Below, in pieces: positions 37,618-46,883 of a stretch of DNA of 64,000 nt. Position 1 is the first letter of the stretch. The number at the start of each line of letters is the position of its first letter. Source of the DNA: Patescibacteria group bacterium (lineage in GTDB: Bacteria > Patescibacteriota > Patescibacteriia > UBA1558 > GWA2-36-10); the NCBI GenBank assembly GCA_041650755.1, contig JBAZKN010000001.1:136080-200079 (forward strand). Direction: 5' to 3'. The notes beneath the pieces are model-generated. The model did no database searches, had not been told where the DNA came from, and saw nothing but the letters and a program-made list of their open reading frames with translations. Both the position numbers and the translations under genes were made by a program.

Positions 37618-39052
37618 CCCTCTTTTTTAAAGCCGACTTTAAGTACTGCCAATCGGCCTTACCAATATTGCCAAAAATTATCATTAATAATAGATATGTG
37701 ATAATAGCTAAAGCAATATTTATAAATACTGATACCAGATCGCTCATACTCCAAACAAGTAAGGCCATCAGACCGGCAGCAATAATGCTCAATAATACCG
37801 GCCGCCAAACGGAAAATCCCAATTTTATGACTTGACAGACAGCTGTTAAATTTAAAATGAACAGCAAAATTGTGCTTAGTGAAGAGGCTAGACTGGCACC
37901 TACTGCCCCCCAAGATTTGAGTAAAAACAAATTCAATATAATATTGCTGAGCATGACTAAACCCAAGTTGCGGGTATTGATAATCTGTCGGTCAGTAGCA
38001 TTGAGAAAGTATGACAAGGCAAAATTAACAAACAAAAACGGCAAACTTAAAATCAATATTTGCAAAGGTAAAATAGAATTTAAATAATGAACCGTATAAA
38101 GCTTGGTGATGATCACGCCCCCTAGGCTGGTAATGCCCAAGGCTATCGGCCAAGCTATAAAAGACAAATAGTGTATTGCCTTGGTCAGAGCTTGAGCCAA
38201 GCGATCCTTATCGTTTTGCCAATAATGCGACAAGGCCGGATACAGAGCTGCCACAAAAGCCAGAGGTATAAACTGAAAAGCAAAAGTAATTTTGTAAGCT
38301 ACGCTATAATAACCTAATTGCGTTGCGCCCCGCATACCCTCTAGCAACAAGCTGTCTATATAGGCGTAAATCTTGGCAAAGACAGCCGATAAGGCAAACG
38401 GCCAGGTGATTAAAAAGATTTCCTTAACAAATGGCCTATCCAAATATAGCTTGAGTCGCAGATGATATTTTTTGAATAACAAATAAGCTGAAAAAATAAG
38501 ATTAAAGGTGCTGGCTGATAAAATGACCAGAATAAAAGGATAAAGCTGGCTATTGAAACGCATTACCAGCAAACCGGCAATCATAATAATTAGCTGAAAG
38601 AGCATGGTGCCGATTGACTCATAAAACAAATTCTGTCGGCCACGAATAAAACCGTAAAATGTCAAAGTAAAACTATCAATAATAACTATCAAAGTAGTTA
38701 AATAAATCAACGGTCGCACAATATTATTGGCATACAGTAGCCAATCCAAACCAATAATAATAATTGCCGTCAATAAACCCAGGATTAGTTTCAGAGAAAA
38801 AATTTGGCTGAATAATCTATGCTCATCAATCTGCTTTTTGGCAATTTCTCTGATTAAGACGGCTGACAAGCCAAAATCACTAATCACTGACAACATCATG
38901 GCAAAACTGAGTGCTAGCTGATATTGGCCGTAGTGGGTCGGCCCCAAATGCCTGGCTAGTAAAGTAAAATAAATAAAAGAAAAAAGCTTTTGGATAATCA
39001 AAGCCAATAAGTACCAGGTAGTATTGGAGGTGATTTTTTGACCAGTCACCAT
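37604..39052 (-). CDS. Wzx-type flippase
   Basis: Multi-TM MATE-like; LARHLGP..YG, DFGL, GYYSVA; leaderless-type extended -10 at 39059-39067. Confidence 0.88.
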   Translation of the reverse strand: MVTGQKITSNTTWYLLALIIQKLFSFIYFTLLARHLGPTHYGQYQLALSFAMMLSVISDFGLSAVLIREIAKKQIDEHRLFSQIFSLKLILGLLTAIIIIGLDWLLYANNIVRPLIYLTTLIVIIDSFTLTFYGFIRGRQNLFYESIGTMLFQLIIMIAGLLVMRFNSQLYPFILVILSASTFNLIFSAYLLFKKYHLRLKLYLDRPFVKEIFLITWPFALSAVFAKIYAYIDSLLLEGMRGATQLGYYSVAYKITFAFQFIPLAFVAALYPALSHYWQNDKDRLAQALTKAIHYLSFIAWPIALGITSLGGVIITKLYTVHYLNSILPLQILILSLPFLFVNFALSYFLNATDRQIINTRNLGLVMLSNIILNLFLLKSWGAVGASLASSLSTILLFILNLTAVCQVIKLGFSVWRPVLLSIIAAGLMALLVWSMSDLVSVFINIALAIITYLLLMIIFGNIGKADWQYLKSALKKRGGDA

Positions 39053-39101
39053 GAGCTCATTATAACAAAATGTTTAGCTTTTTACCATACCCATAAACAC
39101 C

Positions 39102-39130
39102 AAAAAACCCCGTAAAATAAGGGTTTTTTT
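39102..39130 (-). terminator. Intrinsic terminator after rpsI
   Basis: AAAAAACCC..GGGTTTTTTT hairpin. Confidence 0.55.
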
Positions 39131-39175
39131 ATAAAAAATAAATTTTGCTTTTGGATTTTTTGGATATTTCGCAAA

Positions 39176-39583
39176 CTAGCGTTTGCTCCATTGTGGAGCA
39201 CGGCGGGCTTTTTTCAGACCCGGTTTCTTTCTTTCTTTGATGCGGGAATCTCTAGTCAATAAGCCCTCTTTGCGTAAAGTAGTGCGTAAATTTTCATCCA
39301 TCTCAACTAGAGCTTTGGCAATTGCATGTTTGATGCTATCCACCTGGCCACGAATACCACCGCCCAAAACTCTGATAGAAACAGCTATCTTGTCTTTGCC
39401 TACAGCTCTTAGAGGGTGCAGGATCATTTCTTGCCACTCAAAATAGGGAAAATATTCTTTAAAATCTTTACCGTTGATGGTAATTTTGATCTCATTGACT
39501 TTTTCCGGCAAAAGCCTGGCTCGGGCAATAGCGGCTTTTCTCTTGCCAACAGCGTGGATATATTTGGGGCTTGCGTGTACCAT
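39176..39583 (-). CDS. rpsI: 30S ribosomal protein S9
   Basis: GKRK, GGG..GQ, ERKKPGLKKARRAPQWSKR. Confidence 0.98.
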   Translation of the reverse strand: MVHASPKYIHAVGKRKAAIARARLLPEKVNEIKITINGKDFKEYFPYFEWQEMILHPLRAVGKDKIAVSIRVLGGGIRGQVDSIKHAIAKALVEMDENLRTTLRKEGLLTRDSRIKERKKPGLKKARRAPQWSKR

Positions 39584-39588
39584 AATAA

Positions 39589-39936
39589 TTAGCTAATAGT
39601 TAATCTTTTTAACATCTTTGGTCTTAATTTGTTTTTGGGCAGCATATTGTATACTGTCTTGCGCAAAACTTCGGCCGGGTTTGAGGCCATCAAGTCTTTT
39701 AGCTTGGTAGTGCGAATACCGCCCGGATACATGGTGGTACGATGATAGACTTTGCTGTCCAATTTGTTTCGAGAAAATTTGAGGCCTTTAATATTGCTTA
39801 CTTCTACATAGTCACCGCAATCAACATGCGACTGGTAACTCGTCTTATTTTTGCCTTGCAATAAAATAGCAATCCGGGAAGCCAGTCTTCCGGCAATTTG
39901 TCCATTAGCATCAATTTGATGTATCTTTCTTTCCAT
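39589..39936 (-). CDS. rplM: 50S ribosomal protein L13 (short)
   Basis: IDA..GRLAS..L.GKNK, DCGD, MLPKN. Confidence 0.96.
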   Translation of the reverse strand: MERKIHQIDANGQIAGRLASRIAILLQGKNKTSYQSHVDCGDYVEVSNIKGLKFSRNKLDSKVYHRTTMYPGGIRTTKLKDLMASNPAEVLRKTVYNMLPKNKLRPKMLKRLTIS

Positions 39937-39944
39937 ATATATTT

Positions 39945-39980
39945 GCTTATGTCAATAGCTTATAGCATATAGCAATTATG
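39945..39980. repeat. Degenerate heptamer array (GCWTATR)
   Basis: gcttatg..gcttata gcatata in rplQ-rplM spacer. Confidence 0.6.
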
Positions 39981-39984
39981 CTTG

Positions 39985-40335
39985 TTAAACTAATTCTATT
40001 TGAGCCAAAGGCGCTCCATCGCCCTGACGCTGATGCATCTTGATAATACGGCAGTAGCCACCTTTGCGATCTTTATATTTAGGCCCCAGAACATCCAAAA
40101 TCTTTTGCACGGCTTTTTTATCATGCAAAAATCTGCCTAATTGCTGCTTGGTGTGGACAGATTTGACTTTGCCTTTGGTTATCAATCTCTCAACTTTTGG
40201 CTTAACAGTTTTAGCTTTGCTTTCAGTAGTCACTACTTTTTCATACAAAATAACCGAAGTGACCAAGTTGTCGAGCAAAGCTCGACGCGGGCCGGTCAAA
40301 CGTCTTAATTTTTTACCTACTTTGCGGTGTCTCAT
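39985..40335 (-). CDS. rplQ: 50S ribosomal protein L17
   Basis: MRHR, TTESKAK, GGYCRI, RQGDGA. Confidence 0.98.
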   Translation of the reverse strand: MRHRKVGKKLRRLTGPRRALLDNLVTSVILYEKVVTTESKAKTVKPKVERLITKGKVKSVHTKQQLGRFLHDKKAVQKILDVLGPKYKDRKGGYCRIIKMHQRQGDGAPLAQIELV

Positions 40336-40344
40336 GGCAATAAA

Positions 40345-41115
40345 TTATTTAGTCTTTTTAGCGCGAGTGGCTCTTTTCTTGGGAGCGGCCGGAGCTTCGC
40401 TATCAACTGCCGCCTCCTCTGACTTGCTTTCTTCGCCAATCAAAAATTCAAAATGATCTTTCAAAATCTGAGCGGCTCTGGTCACAGCTTGGCGACCATC
40501 AACAGTACCATCAGTCACAATATCCAAAGTTACCTTTTCATAGTTGGTCATTTCGCCGACGCGGACATTGACCATTTCGTAGCCGACGTTTAGTACCGGA
40601 GAAAAGCTGGCGTCAATGGCAATAGTGCCAATGGGCAATTTTGATTTGTCGCCGCGTTGTTCGACAGTCACATAACCCAAGCCCTTATCAACGGTAATTT
40701 CCATATTAAATTTGGCCTGCTTGTCGGTCAAAGTGGCAATCACCAAATCAGTATTGATGATTTCAACAGCTGAATTTTTTTTGATATCAGCTGCTGTCAC
40801 TACTTTTTCACCCTTGGCCTCAATGGTCAAAATGGTTGGCTCATCAGCAAAAAGCTTCAAGCGCAATTTTTTCAAATTCAACATTATTTCCACCAAATCT
40901 TCCTTGACGTGATCAACTGAATCAAATTCATGTTGGGCGCCTTCAATCTTGAAGGAAGTCACGGCTGCTCCGGGCAGAGCCGACAACAATACCCGGCGCA
41001 AAGAATTACCTAAAGTAACGCCAAAACCAGGATAGCAAGGCTCAATCACTACCGTGTAGTGATTATCCCCCTGATCATGGACACTAATTTTTTCTGGTAA
41101 TGTAATTTGGGTCAT
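40345..41115 (-). CDS. rpoA: RNA polymerase alpha subunit (no C-terminal domain)
   Basis: EPCYPGFGVTLGNSLRRVLLS, HEF, IDASFSPV; ends at 256 aa. Confidence 0.97.
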   Translation of the reverse strand: MTQITLPEKISVHDQGDNHYTVVIEPCYPGFGVTLGNSLRRVLLSALPGAAVTSFKIEGAQHEFDSVDHVKEDLVEIMLNLKKLRLKLFADEPTILTIEAKGEKVVTAADIKKNSAVEIINTDLVIATLTDKQAKFNMEITVDKGLGYVTVEQRGDKSKLPIGTIAIDASFSPVLNVGYEMVNVRVGEMTNYEKVTLDIVTDGTVDGRQAVTRAAQILKDHFEFLIGEESKSEEAAVDSEAPAAPKKRATRAKKTK

Positions 41116-41171
41116 GTTTTTATAAATAAATTTTTATTTTAGTTCCGCTTTCAGCAGAGTAAAATTTAAAA

Positions 41172-41786
41172 TTAACGTGAATAAAAGTCAACAATTAGGT
41201 TGGTAGCGATATTCTTGGGCAAATCGCTGCTATTGGGCAAACTGTTGACGGTGATGCTGAAATTCTTTTTATCCAAAGTCAACCAGCCGGCTGATTCTAC
41301 TTTTTCTATTTTTTCGGCCATATTTTTCCAATAGCCCTTATTGACTTTATTCTCTTTGACTTTGACTACCTGTCCGGGTCTGACTGGAAAAGATGGGACA
41401 TCTACCTTTTTACCATCAATGGTGAAATGGCCATGATTTACCAATTGTCTGGCCAAACGTCTGGTCTGAGCCAGGCCGGAACGGAAAATGACGTTATCCA
41501 AACGGGTTTCTAAATTAATCAAAAGATTTTCACCCACATCGCCGGTCATTTTTTTGGCGCGGTTGAAAGTCAATAAAAATTGTTTTTCCAGCAAACCATA
41601 AATCGCTTTGGCTTTTTGCTTTTCCAAAAGCTGTTTACCATATTCGGAGGTTTTGCTGAATGTTTTTTTTGGTCCGTGGACACCAGCCGGATAATTGCGC
41701 TTGGCTAAAGGAGACTTCAAAGTATCGGCAACGTTTTCTCCGAATCGGCGGCTAGCTTTATGTCTTGGCTCTAGATTTCTACCCAT
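41172..41786 (-). CDS. rpsD: 30S ribosomal protein S4
   Basis: SEYGKQLLEKQK, LETRLDNV, ARQLVNHGH. Confidence 0.98.
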   Translation of the reverse strand: MGRNLEPRHKASRRFGENVADTLKSPLAKRNYPAGVHGPKKTFSKTSEYGKQLLEKQKAKAIYGLLEKQFLLTFNRAKKMTGDVGENLLINLETRLDNVIFRSGLAQTRRLARQLVNHGHFTIDGKKVDVPSFPVRPGQVVKVKENKVNKGYWKNMAEKIEKVESAGWLTLDKKNFSITVNSLPNSSDLPKNIATNLIVDFYSR

Positions 41787-41793
41787 ATAAATT

Positions 41794-41857
41794 GCTTATG
41801 GCTTATGGCCTATAGCTTATGGCATATGGCATATGGCCACAGGCTATAAACCATATG
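41794..41857. repeat. Heptamer tandem array (GCWTATR, 6 good units plus degenerate)
   Basis: gcttatg gcttatg gcctata gcttatg gcatatg gcatatg in rpsK-rpsD spacer. Confidence 0.85.
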
Positions 41858-41878
41858 TGTTTAATTATAAAATATTAA

Positions 41879-42262
41879 TTATACCCTTCTAGTTTTCTTA
41901 GGACGACAACCATTATGTGGAATTGGCGTCATATCTTTAATAGAAGTAATAGTCAAACCTTGGCTATGCAAAGCACGAATAGCTGCCTCGCGACCAGCTC
42001 CAACGCCCTTGATAAAAACATCAACCTCGGCCAAACCATAATCTTTGACCTTGTCTATGGCACTTTTCACAATAATACCAGCGGCATAAGGAGTGGCTTT
42101 TTTGGGGCCCTTGAAGCCGTTTAAACCAGCTGAAGACCAAGCCAAAACATTGCCCACCGGATCAGTCAAAGTTACCATGGTATTGTTATAAGTAGCCTGG
42201 ATATGGGCCTGACCTTTTTTGACTATCTTTTTTACTTTCTTTTTAGATTTTACTGCTTTCAT
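41879..42262 (-). CDS. rpsK: 30S ribosomal protein S11
   Basis: [21 protein letters not shown]. Confidence 0.98.
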   Translation of the reverse strand: MKAVKSKKKVKKIVKKGQAHIQATYNNTMVTLTDPVGNVLAWSSAGLNGFKGPKKATPYAAGIIVKSAIDKVKDYGLAEVDVFIKGVGAGREAAIRALHSQGLTITSIKDMTPIPHNGCRPKKTRRV

Positions 42263-42274
42263 ATAAACTCTGCT

Positions 42275-42664
42275 TTAGGTTTTTTGAGCGGCTGGCGCCC
42301 GGCCACTGCCCATAGTGACACGCTTGTTACCACGCACAGTGCGAGAATTTGTCTTGGTGCGCTGACCGCGTACTGGCAAACCCTTGGTGTGCCGCACGCC
42401 GCGGTAACACTTGATTTCGCGCAAACGCTTGATGTTGGTCATACGCTCACGGCGCAATTCGCCTTCAACTCGATAATCTTTTTCAATCTTTTGGCGTAAG
42501 CGATTTACTTCCTCTTCAGTAAGATCTTTGACCCTGGTATCGGGATTGATCTTCAGGCTGTGTAATATCTTTTGGGAAGTAGACAGGCCTAAACCATAAA
42601 TATAAGTAAGAGCAATCTCTGCCCGCTTATTGTTTGGTAGGTTGACTCCAGCAATTCTAGCCAT
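42275..42664 (-). CDS. rpsM: 30S ribosomal protein S13
   Basis: [19 protein letters not shown]. Confidence 0.99.
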   Translation of the reverse strand: MARIAGVNLPNNKRAEIALTYIYGLGLSTSQKILHSLKINPDTRVKDLTEEEVNRLRQKIEKDYRVEGELRRERMTNIKRLREIKCYRGVRHTKGLPVRGQRTKTNSRTVRGNKRVTMGSGRAPAAQKT

Positions 42665-42711
42665 CTTATTAATTTAATTGATAATTGTTAATTGGTAATT
42701 GATCTATTTTA

Positions 42712-42825
42712 TTAGCCTTGTCTTTGTTTGTGCTTAGGGTTTTTACAAATACAAACTACCCGGTTTTGACGCCGGATTATTTTACAATCTTTGCAAATCT
42801 TTTTTACCGATGACCTAACTTTCAT
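42712..42825 (-). CDS. rpmJ: 50S ribosomal protein L36 (absent from ORF track)
   Basis: Hand translation [37 protein letters not shown]. Confidence 0.97.
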   Translation of the reverse strand: MKVRSSVKKICKDCKIIRRQNRVVCICKNPKHKQRQG

Positions 42826-42867
42826 CTTGTTAGAAATTTACTTATTAAATTTTACTGCTCAAGTAAT

Positions 42868-43104
42868 TTATTGTCTAAATATGATCCGGCCCTTACTCAT
42901 GTCATAGGGGCTCATTTCTACCAGCACTTTATCGCCCGGCAAAATCCTGATCTTATACATGCGCATTTTACCGGAAAGGTGAGCCAAAATTTCGTGGCCG
43001 TTATTTAGAACGACCTTAAAATTTGCATTGGGCAACAGCTCTGTCACCTCGCCATCGATCTCTAAAAAACCCTTTTTATTGACCTTAGCTTGATTTTCCG
43101 CCAT
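42868..43104 (-). CDS. infA: Translation initiation factor IF-1
   Basis: LPNANF, HLSGKMR, GDKV..SPYD..GRI. Confidence 0.98.
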   Translation of the reverse strand: MAENQAKVNKKGFLEIDGEVTELLPNANFKVVLNNGHEILAHLSGKMRMYKIRILPGDKVLVEMSPYDMSKGRIIFRQ

Positions 43105-43213
43105 TCTAATAACAAAAAAATGAATTCACTATATAATAATGAAGATTATATAATATTTTGGCTTAAATTACCAAAAAACTCACTATAATTAAATGTTTAA
43201 TTAACGCCCCTAT

Positions 43214-43241
43214 ATTATACAGATTTTTTTCTATTTGTCAA
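43214..43241 (-). promoter_or_regulatory. Sigma70 promoter of infA-rpoA operon
   Basis: TTGACA-16-TATAAT. Confidence 0.7.
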
Positions 43242-43243
43242 CG

Positions 43244-43299
43244 ATTTATGGCGTATGGCATATAGCTTATGGCATATAGCTTATGGCATATGGACAATG
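43244..43299. repeat. Heptamer tandem array (GCWTATR, about 8 units)
   Basis: gcgtatg gcatata gcttatg gcatata gcttatg gcatatg. Confidence 0.85.
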
Positions 43300-43343
43300 G
43301 GCATTAATTAAATTACGAATTTTGGTTTATATTTTGGCTAATA

Positions 43344-44264
43344 TTAGCCAATAAATTGTATCTCTTCCTGTAGCTGAATACCATATTTATCCCTAATCTG
43401 CTGCTTGATAAAGCTAATCAGCATAATCACCTGTTCGGCTGTTGCTGTACCGGTATTAATAATATAATTAGCGTGAATTTTGGAAACTTGCGCTCCGCCA
43501 ATCGTATGCCCTTTGAGACCGGCTATATCAATCAAATAAGATGCCGGGATCTTTTTATTTTGTTCAAATTTTTCTATATCTAAACCGCGGTTTTTTAGCT
43601 TAGCCAAATCAACTGTGCTGAATTCAACATTTTTAAACACACAGCCAGCTGATGGCTCTCTGGGCTGAGTACCTTGGCGATATTTTAATCTTTCATTGAC
43701 TAAATTTTTGGCTAGCGTCAAATCCCCTTTTTCCAGCTTTAATTTAGCTTCTATTATTATGGCCTTAATTTCTTTGAAGATACTATGGCGGTAAGTAAAA
43801 TGACAATCGCTGCCCTGACAAATTTTCAGCTGATAATTTTCATCAAAATAAGTGATCTCCTGAACTACATTGGACATAGCCAGGCCATAAGTACCGGCAT
43901 TGCCTCTGATAGCACCACCAACTGTGCCGGGCACGCCAGCTATAAATTCTAAACCCGTCAGACCCTGCTCTAAGGATTTATTTAATAGATAGGCAAGTAA
44001 AACTCCGGCGCCAACCACCACCTCTTGATCATGATACTCTAATTTTTGCAAATCAAGCTTGATAACCAAGCCCCTAAAGCCCTGATCTGAAATTAATAAA
44101 TTACTGCCTCCGCCCAAAGCCAAAATCGGTATTTTCTTGTCTTGGGCAAATTTAACAGCTTCTTGCACTTCTTCTTTGGTCATTGCTACGACAAAATAAT
44201 CTGCCGGGCCGCCAATTTTAAAAGTAGTGTAGTCCTTTATTAATATATTTTGCTTTATTTCCAT
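43344..44264 (-). CDS. murB: UDP-N-acetylenolpyruvoylglucosamine reductase
   Basis: TTFKIGG, GGGSN, PGTVGGA..NAG, SAGCVFKN, HAN. Confidence 0.97.
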   Translation of the reverse strand: MEIKQNILIKDYTTFKIGGPADYFVVAMTKEEVQEAVKFAQDKKIPILALGGGSNLLISDQGFRGLVIKLDLQKLEYHDQEVVVGAGVLLAYLLNKSLEQGLTGLEFIAGVPGTVGGAIRGNAGTYGLAMSNVVQEITYFDENYQLKICQGSDCHFTYRHSIFKEIKAIIIEAKLKLEKGDLTLAKNLVNERLKYRQGTQPREPSAGCVFKNVEFSTVDLAKLKNRGLDIEKFEQNKKIPASYLIDIAGLKGHTIGGAQVSKIHANYIINTGTATAEQVIMLISFIKQQIRDKYGIQLQEEIQFIG

Positions 44265-44303
44265 ATATTATTTTTTATGACTTTAAACTTGCTAACTTTC
44301 AAA

Positions 44304-45671
44304 CTACTTAGCCAGCTCGCGAGCTAAAGTATCAATATCGCCCGCGCCGATAAACAAAATCACTGCTTTGCTTGGATTAATCTGACGCAAAACTTTTTTG
44401 ATATCAGTAGTTTTTGGCGCATAATTAACCGGCGCATCCTTTATAAGGGCCACCAGATCCTGGCTGGAAACAGCCTCGTGCGCCTTGTCTTCCCGGCCAG
44501 CCACTTGATAAATATCAGTAATCACTACTTGATCTGCTTGCCTAAAACTAGCGGCAAATTCATGGAGCAGTGTCTGGGTGCGATTATGATGATGGGGCTG
44601 AAAAATAGCAATTATTTTTTTATTTGGATAAAATTCTTTTGTTGCTTGGAGTAGTCCCCGTATAGCATCCGGATGATGAGCATAATCAGAAATAATAATA
44701 TTGTTTTTCCATTGACCGACTGGCTCAAATCTGCGCCAGATGCCGCTAAAATCATGCAGGGCATTCCAGATTTGATGCTTGTTGATGCCTAAAGTGTCAG
44801 CCACAGCCACGGCTTGCAGGGCATTGTAAATATTATAGATGCCTGGCACAGCCAAATCAAAATCCGCTAAAAGTTTACGCTGATGATTGACGGAAAAATG
44901 CTGCTGGCCAGCTTGGCTAACTGGCGCTGAAAAATTATAATGAGCCGAATTTTCCCGGCCAACAGTGATGAGCTTGCCCGGCCAAACAATAGAGCGGCTG
45001 TTTTTATCGTCAGCATTTTTGACCAGCCAGCCGCCTTTGGGCAACTTATTGACGAACTTTTGAAAATGCTTTTTGATGTCACTTAAATCCCGAAAATAAT
45101 CCAGGTGATCCTCGGCAATATTGGTCAAAACTATGATCTGGGGATTTATCTCCAGCATATGCGCTTGCCACTCGCAAGCCTCAACCACCAGCCACTCACC
45201 CCTGCCAAAGCGAAAATTACTGCCCCACTGCGGCACCAGGCTGCCGACAATGACCATTGGGTCAAGACCGGCTTTTTCCATGATAAGACCTAGCATAGCT
45301 GTAGTGGTGGTCTTGCCATTAGTGCCGGCAACAGCGATGGTTTTATATTGTTTGCTCAAATAGCCTAAAAATTCAAAATAGCTTAAAACCGGAATTTTAA
45401 GTTTGCGGGCTTTTAAAAACTCCGGATGATCATCGGGCAGAGCTGAAGTATAAACAAACAAATCAATGTCGTTCGTAATATTGCTAGCTTTTTGCTTATA
45501 GTCCACCAGCACTCCCCGCTCTTCCAGTCGCCTGGTCACTTCGGATTTAAACAGATCAGAGCCCAGCACCTGCTTTTGCAATTGCAAAAAATAATAAGCC
45601 AGAGATGACAAACCAATGCCACCAATGCCGGATAGATAAACTTTATTTATTTTTTGGATGTCTAGATTCAT
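44304..45671 (-). CDS. murC: UDP-N-acetylmuramate--L-alanine ligase
   Basis: GIGGIGLS, GTNGKTTT, RRFE, DYAHHP, FQPH. Confidence 0.96.
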   Translation of the reverse strand: MNLDIQKINKVYLSGIGGIGLSSLAYYFLQLQKQVLGSDLFKSEVTRRLEERGVLVDYKQKASNITNDIDLFVYTSALPDDHPEFLKARKLKIPVLSYFEFLGYLSKQYKTIAVAGTNGKTTTTAMLGLIMEKAGLDPMVIVGSLVPQWGSNFRFGRGEWLVVEACEWQAHMLEINPQIIVLTNIAEDHLDYFRDLSDIKKHFQKFVNKLPKGGWLVKNADDKNSRSIVWPGKLITVGRENSAHYNFSAPVSQAGQQHFSVNHQRKLLADFDLAVPGIYNIYNALQAVAVADTLGINKHQIWNALHDFSGIWRRFEPVGQWKNNIIISDYAHHPDAIRGLLQATKEFYPNKKIIAIFQPHHHNRTQTLLHEFAASFRQADQVVITDIYQVAGREDKAHEAVSSQDLVALIKDAPVNYAPKTTDIKKVLRQINPSKAVILFIGAGDIDTLARELAK

Positions 45672-45693
45672 TTATATGAGCCACACTATAATC

Positions 45694-45722
45694 ATTATAC
45701 TAATATAGTAATAAACAAGCAA
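45694..45722 (-). promoter_or_regulatory. Probable promoter for murC-murB downstream of the inserted block
   Basis: TTGCTT-17-TATAAT, 22 nt upstream of murC ATG. Confidence 0.5.
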
Positions 45723-45731
45723 CCAGAATCA

Positions 45732-46883
45732 TCATAATGATTTTTGGAATAAATTTAAAATTTTATAAGCTACTATTTCCCACGAATAATTATAAAAATT
45801 GCCGTTACCTTTAATATCATTTAATAGTATGGCTTTTTTTATTCCATAAGCCAATTCAGTGGGCGATGCCGATTCAACTACAATGATTTTATTATATTTT
45901 TTTAATACCTCATTAGATCCGACGGATTTGGTTGTTATTATTGTTTTATTTAAAATAGCTGCCTGGATATTAATCATACCAAATGGTTCATATAAGGAGG
46001 GTGAAATAACGATGGAAGATATATTCAGTAACTTAAACATATTAAATTGATTTATGTGGCCAATGAATCGTATCCTGTCATTAAGATTGTTTGTTTCTAT
46101 ACATTTTTTAATTGATTCAAAATATAAAAAATCAAATACCTTGCCGGCAACCAATAAATAAAAATTGATATCTTCTTCTAATAAACTCAAAGATTGAATC
46201 AGATATATCAAACCTTTTTGTGGCACAATTCTACCAGCATAAACCAAAACACAATCCTTAGAATCTATTAAATATTTCTTTTTTAAATAATTTATTTCTG
46301 TTGCGGAGGATATTTTTCTGAAATCTTGAGTATCTATGCCACCACATACTACCTTAATCTTATTGGTTTGAATATTGTAAAATTTCACCAACTCTTCTGC
46401 CATTAAGTTTGACTTGACAAAAACATTAGTACAATAATGTAATAATCTTTTTTCTAAAATAATTAATGGTATATTAACCATTTTTTTAATAAAACCGATC
46501 CTTAAGTCATACCATCTGTAACAATTGGAGATACCTCTAATTGTGCTACGACTAAAATAAAAAAGTGGAGTTTTAATTTTTGTAAAATTTAATAGACCAA
46601 ATTCTAGTGATTGAATATAGATTATGTCATAATTATTTAAATTATTTTTATCGGAAAAATTTTTTAGTTTAAAGTAATAATCAATAATGTCAAGAAATGG
46701 TTTATCTATTTTTGGTAAATAAACAAATTTAATTTTATTATTTAAGATAACACTATCTTCTTTATGTGCGCACACAACTGTCACATTGTGTCCTTTTTTA
46801 AAAAATTCATCTGCCTCTTTATATGCTGAATATCCCAAACCATAACCAGAGCCATAAAAAGAAGTAAAAATAATTATATTCAT
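45732..46883 (-). CDS. Glycosyltransferase family 4 (low GC)
   Basis: YAGRIVPQKG, PSLYEPFG. Confidence 0.85.
   Translation of the reverse strand: MNIIIFTSFYGSGYGLGYSAYKEADEFFKKGHNVTVVCAHKEDSVILNNKIKFVYLPKIDKPFLDIIDYYFKLKNFSDKNNLNNYDIIYIQSLEFGLLNFTKIKTPLFYFSRSTIRGISNCYRWYDLRIGFIKKMVNIPLIILEKRLLHYCTNVFVKSNLMAEELVKFYNIQTNKIKVVCGGIDTQDFRKISSATEINYLKKKYLIDSKDCVLVYAGRIVPQKGLIYLIQSLSLLEEDINFYLLVAGKVFDFLYFESIKKCIETNNLNDRIRFIGHINQFNMFKLLNISSIVISPSLYEPFGMINIQAAILNKTIITTKSVGSNEVLKKYNKIIVVESASPTELAYGIKKAILLNDIKGNGNFYNYSWEIVAYKILNLFQKSL

Noticed and set aside
31256-39052. Glycosyltransferase/flippase/ligase cluster as a novel system
   Set aside because: Ordinary Wzx-type surface-glycan locus composition
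41794-43299. Heptamer arrays as CRISPR
   Set aside because: 7 nt tandem units without spacers; no cas genes
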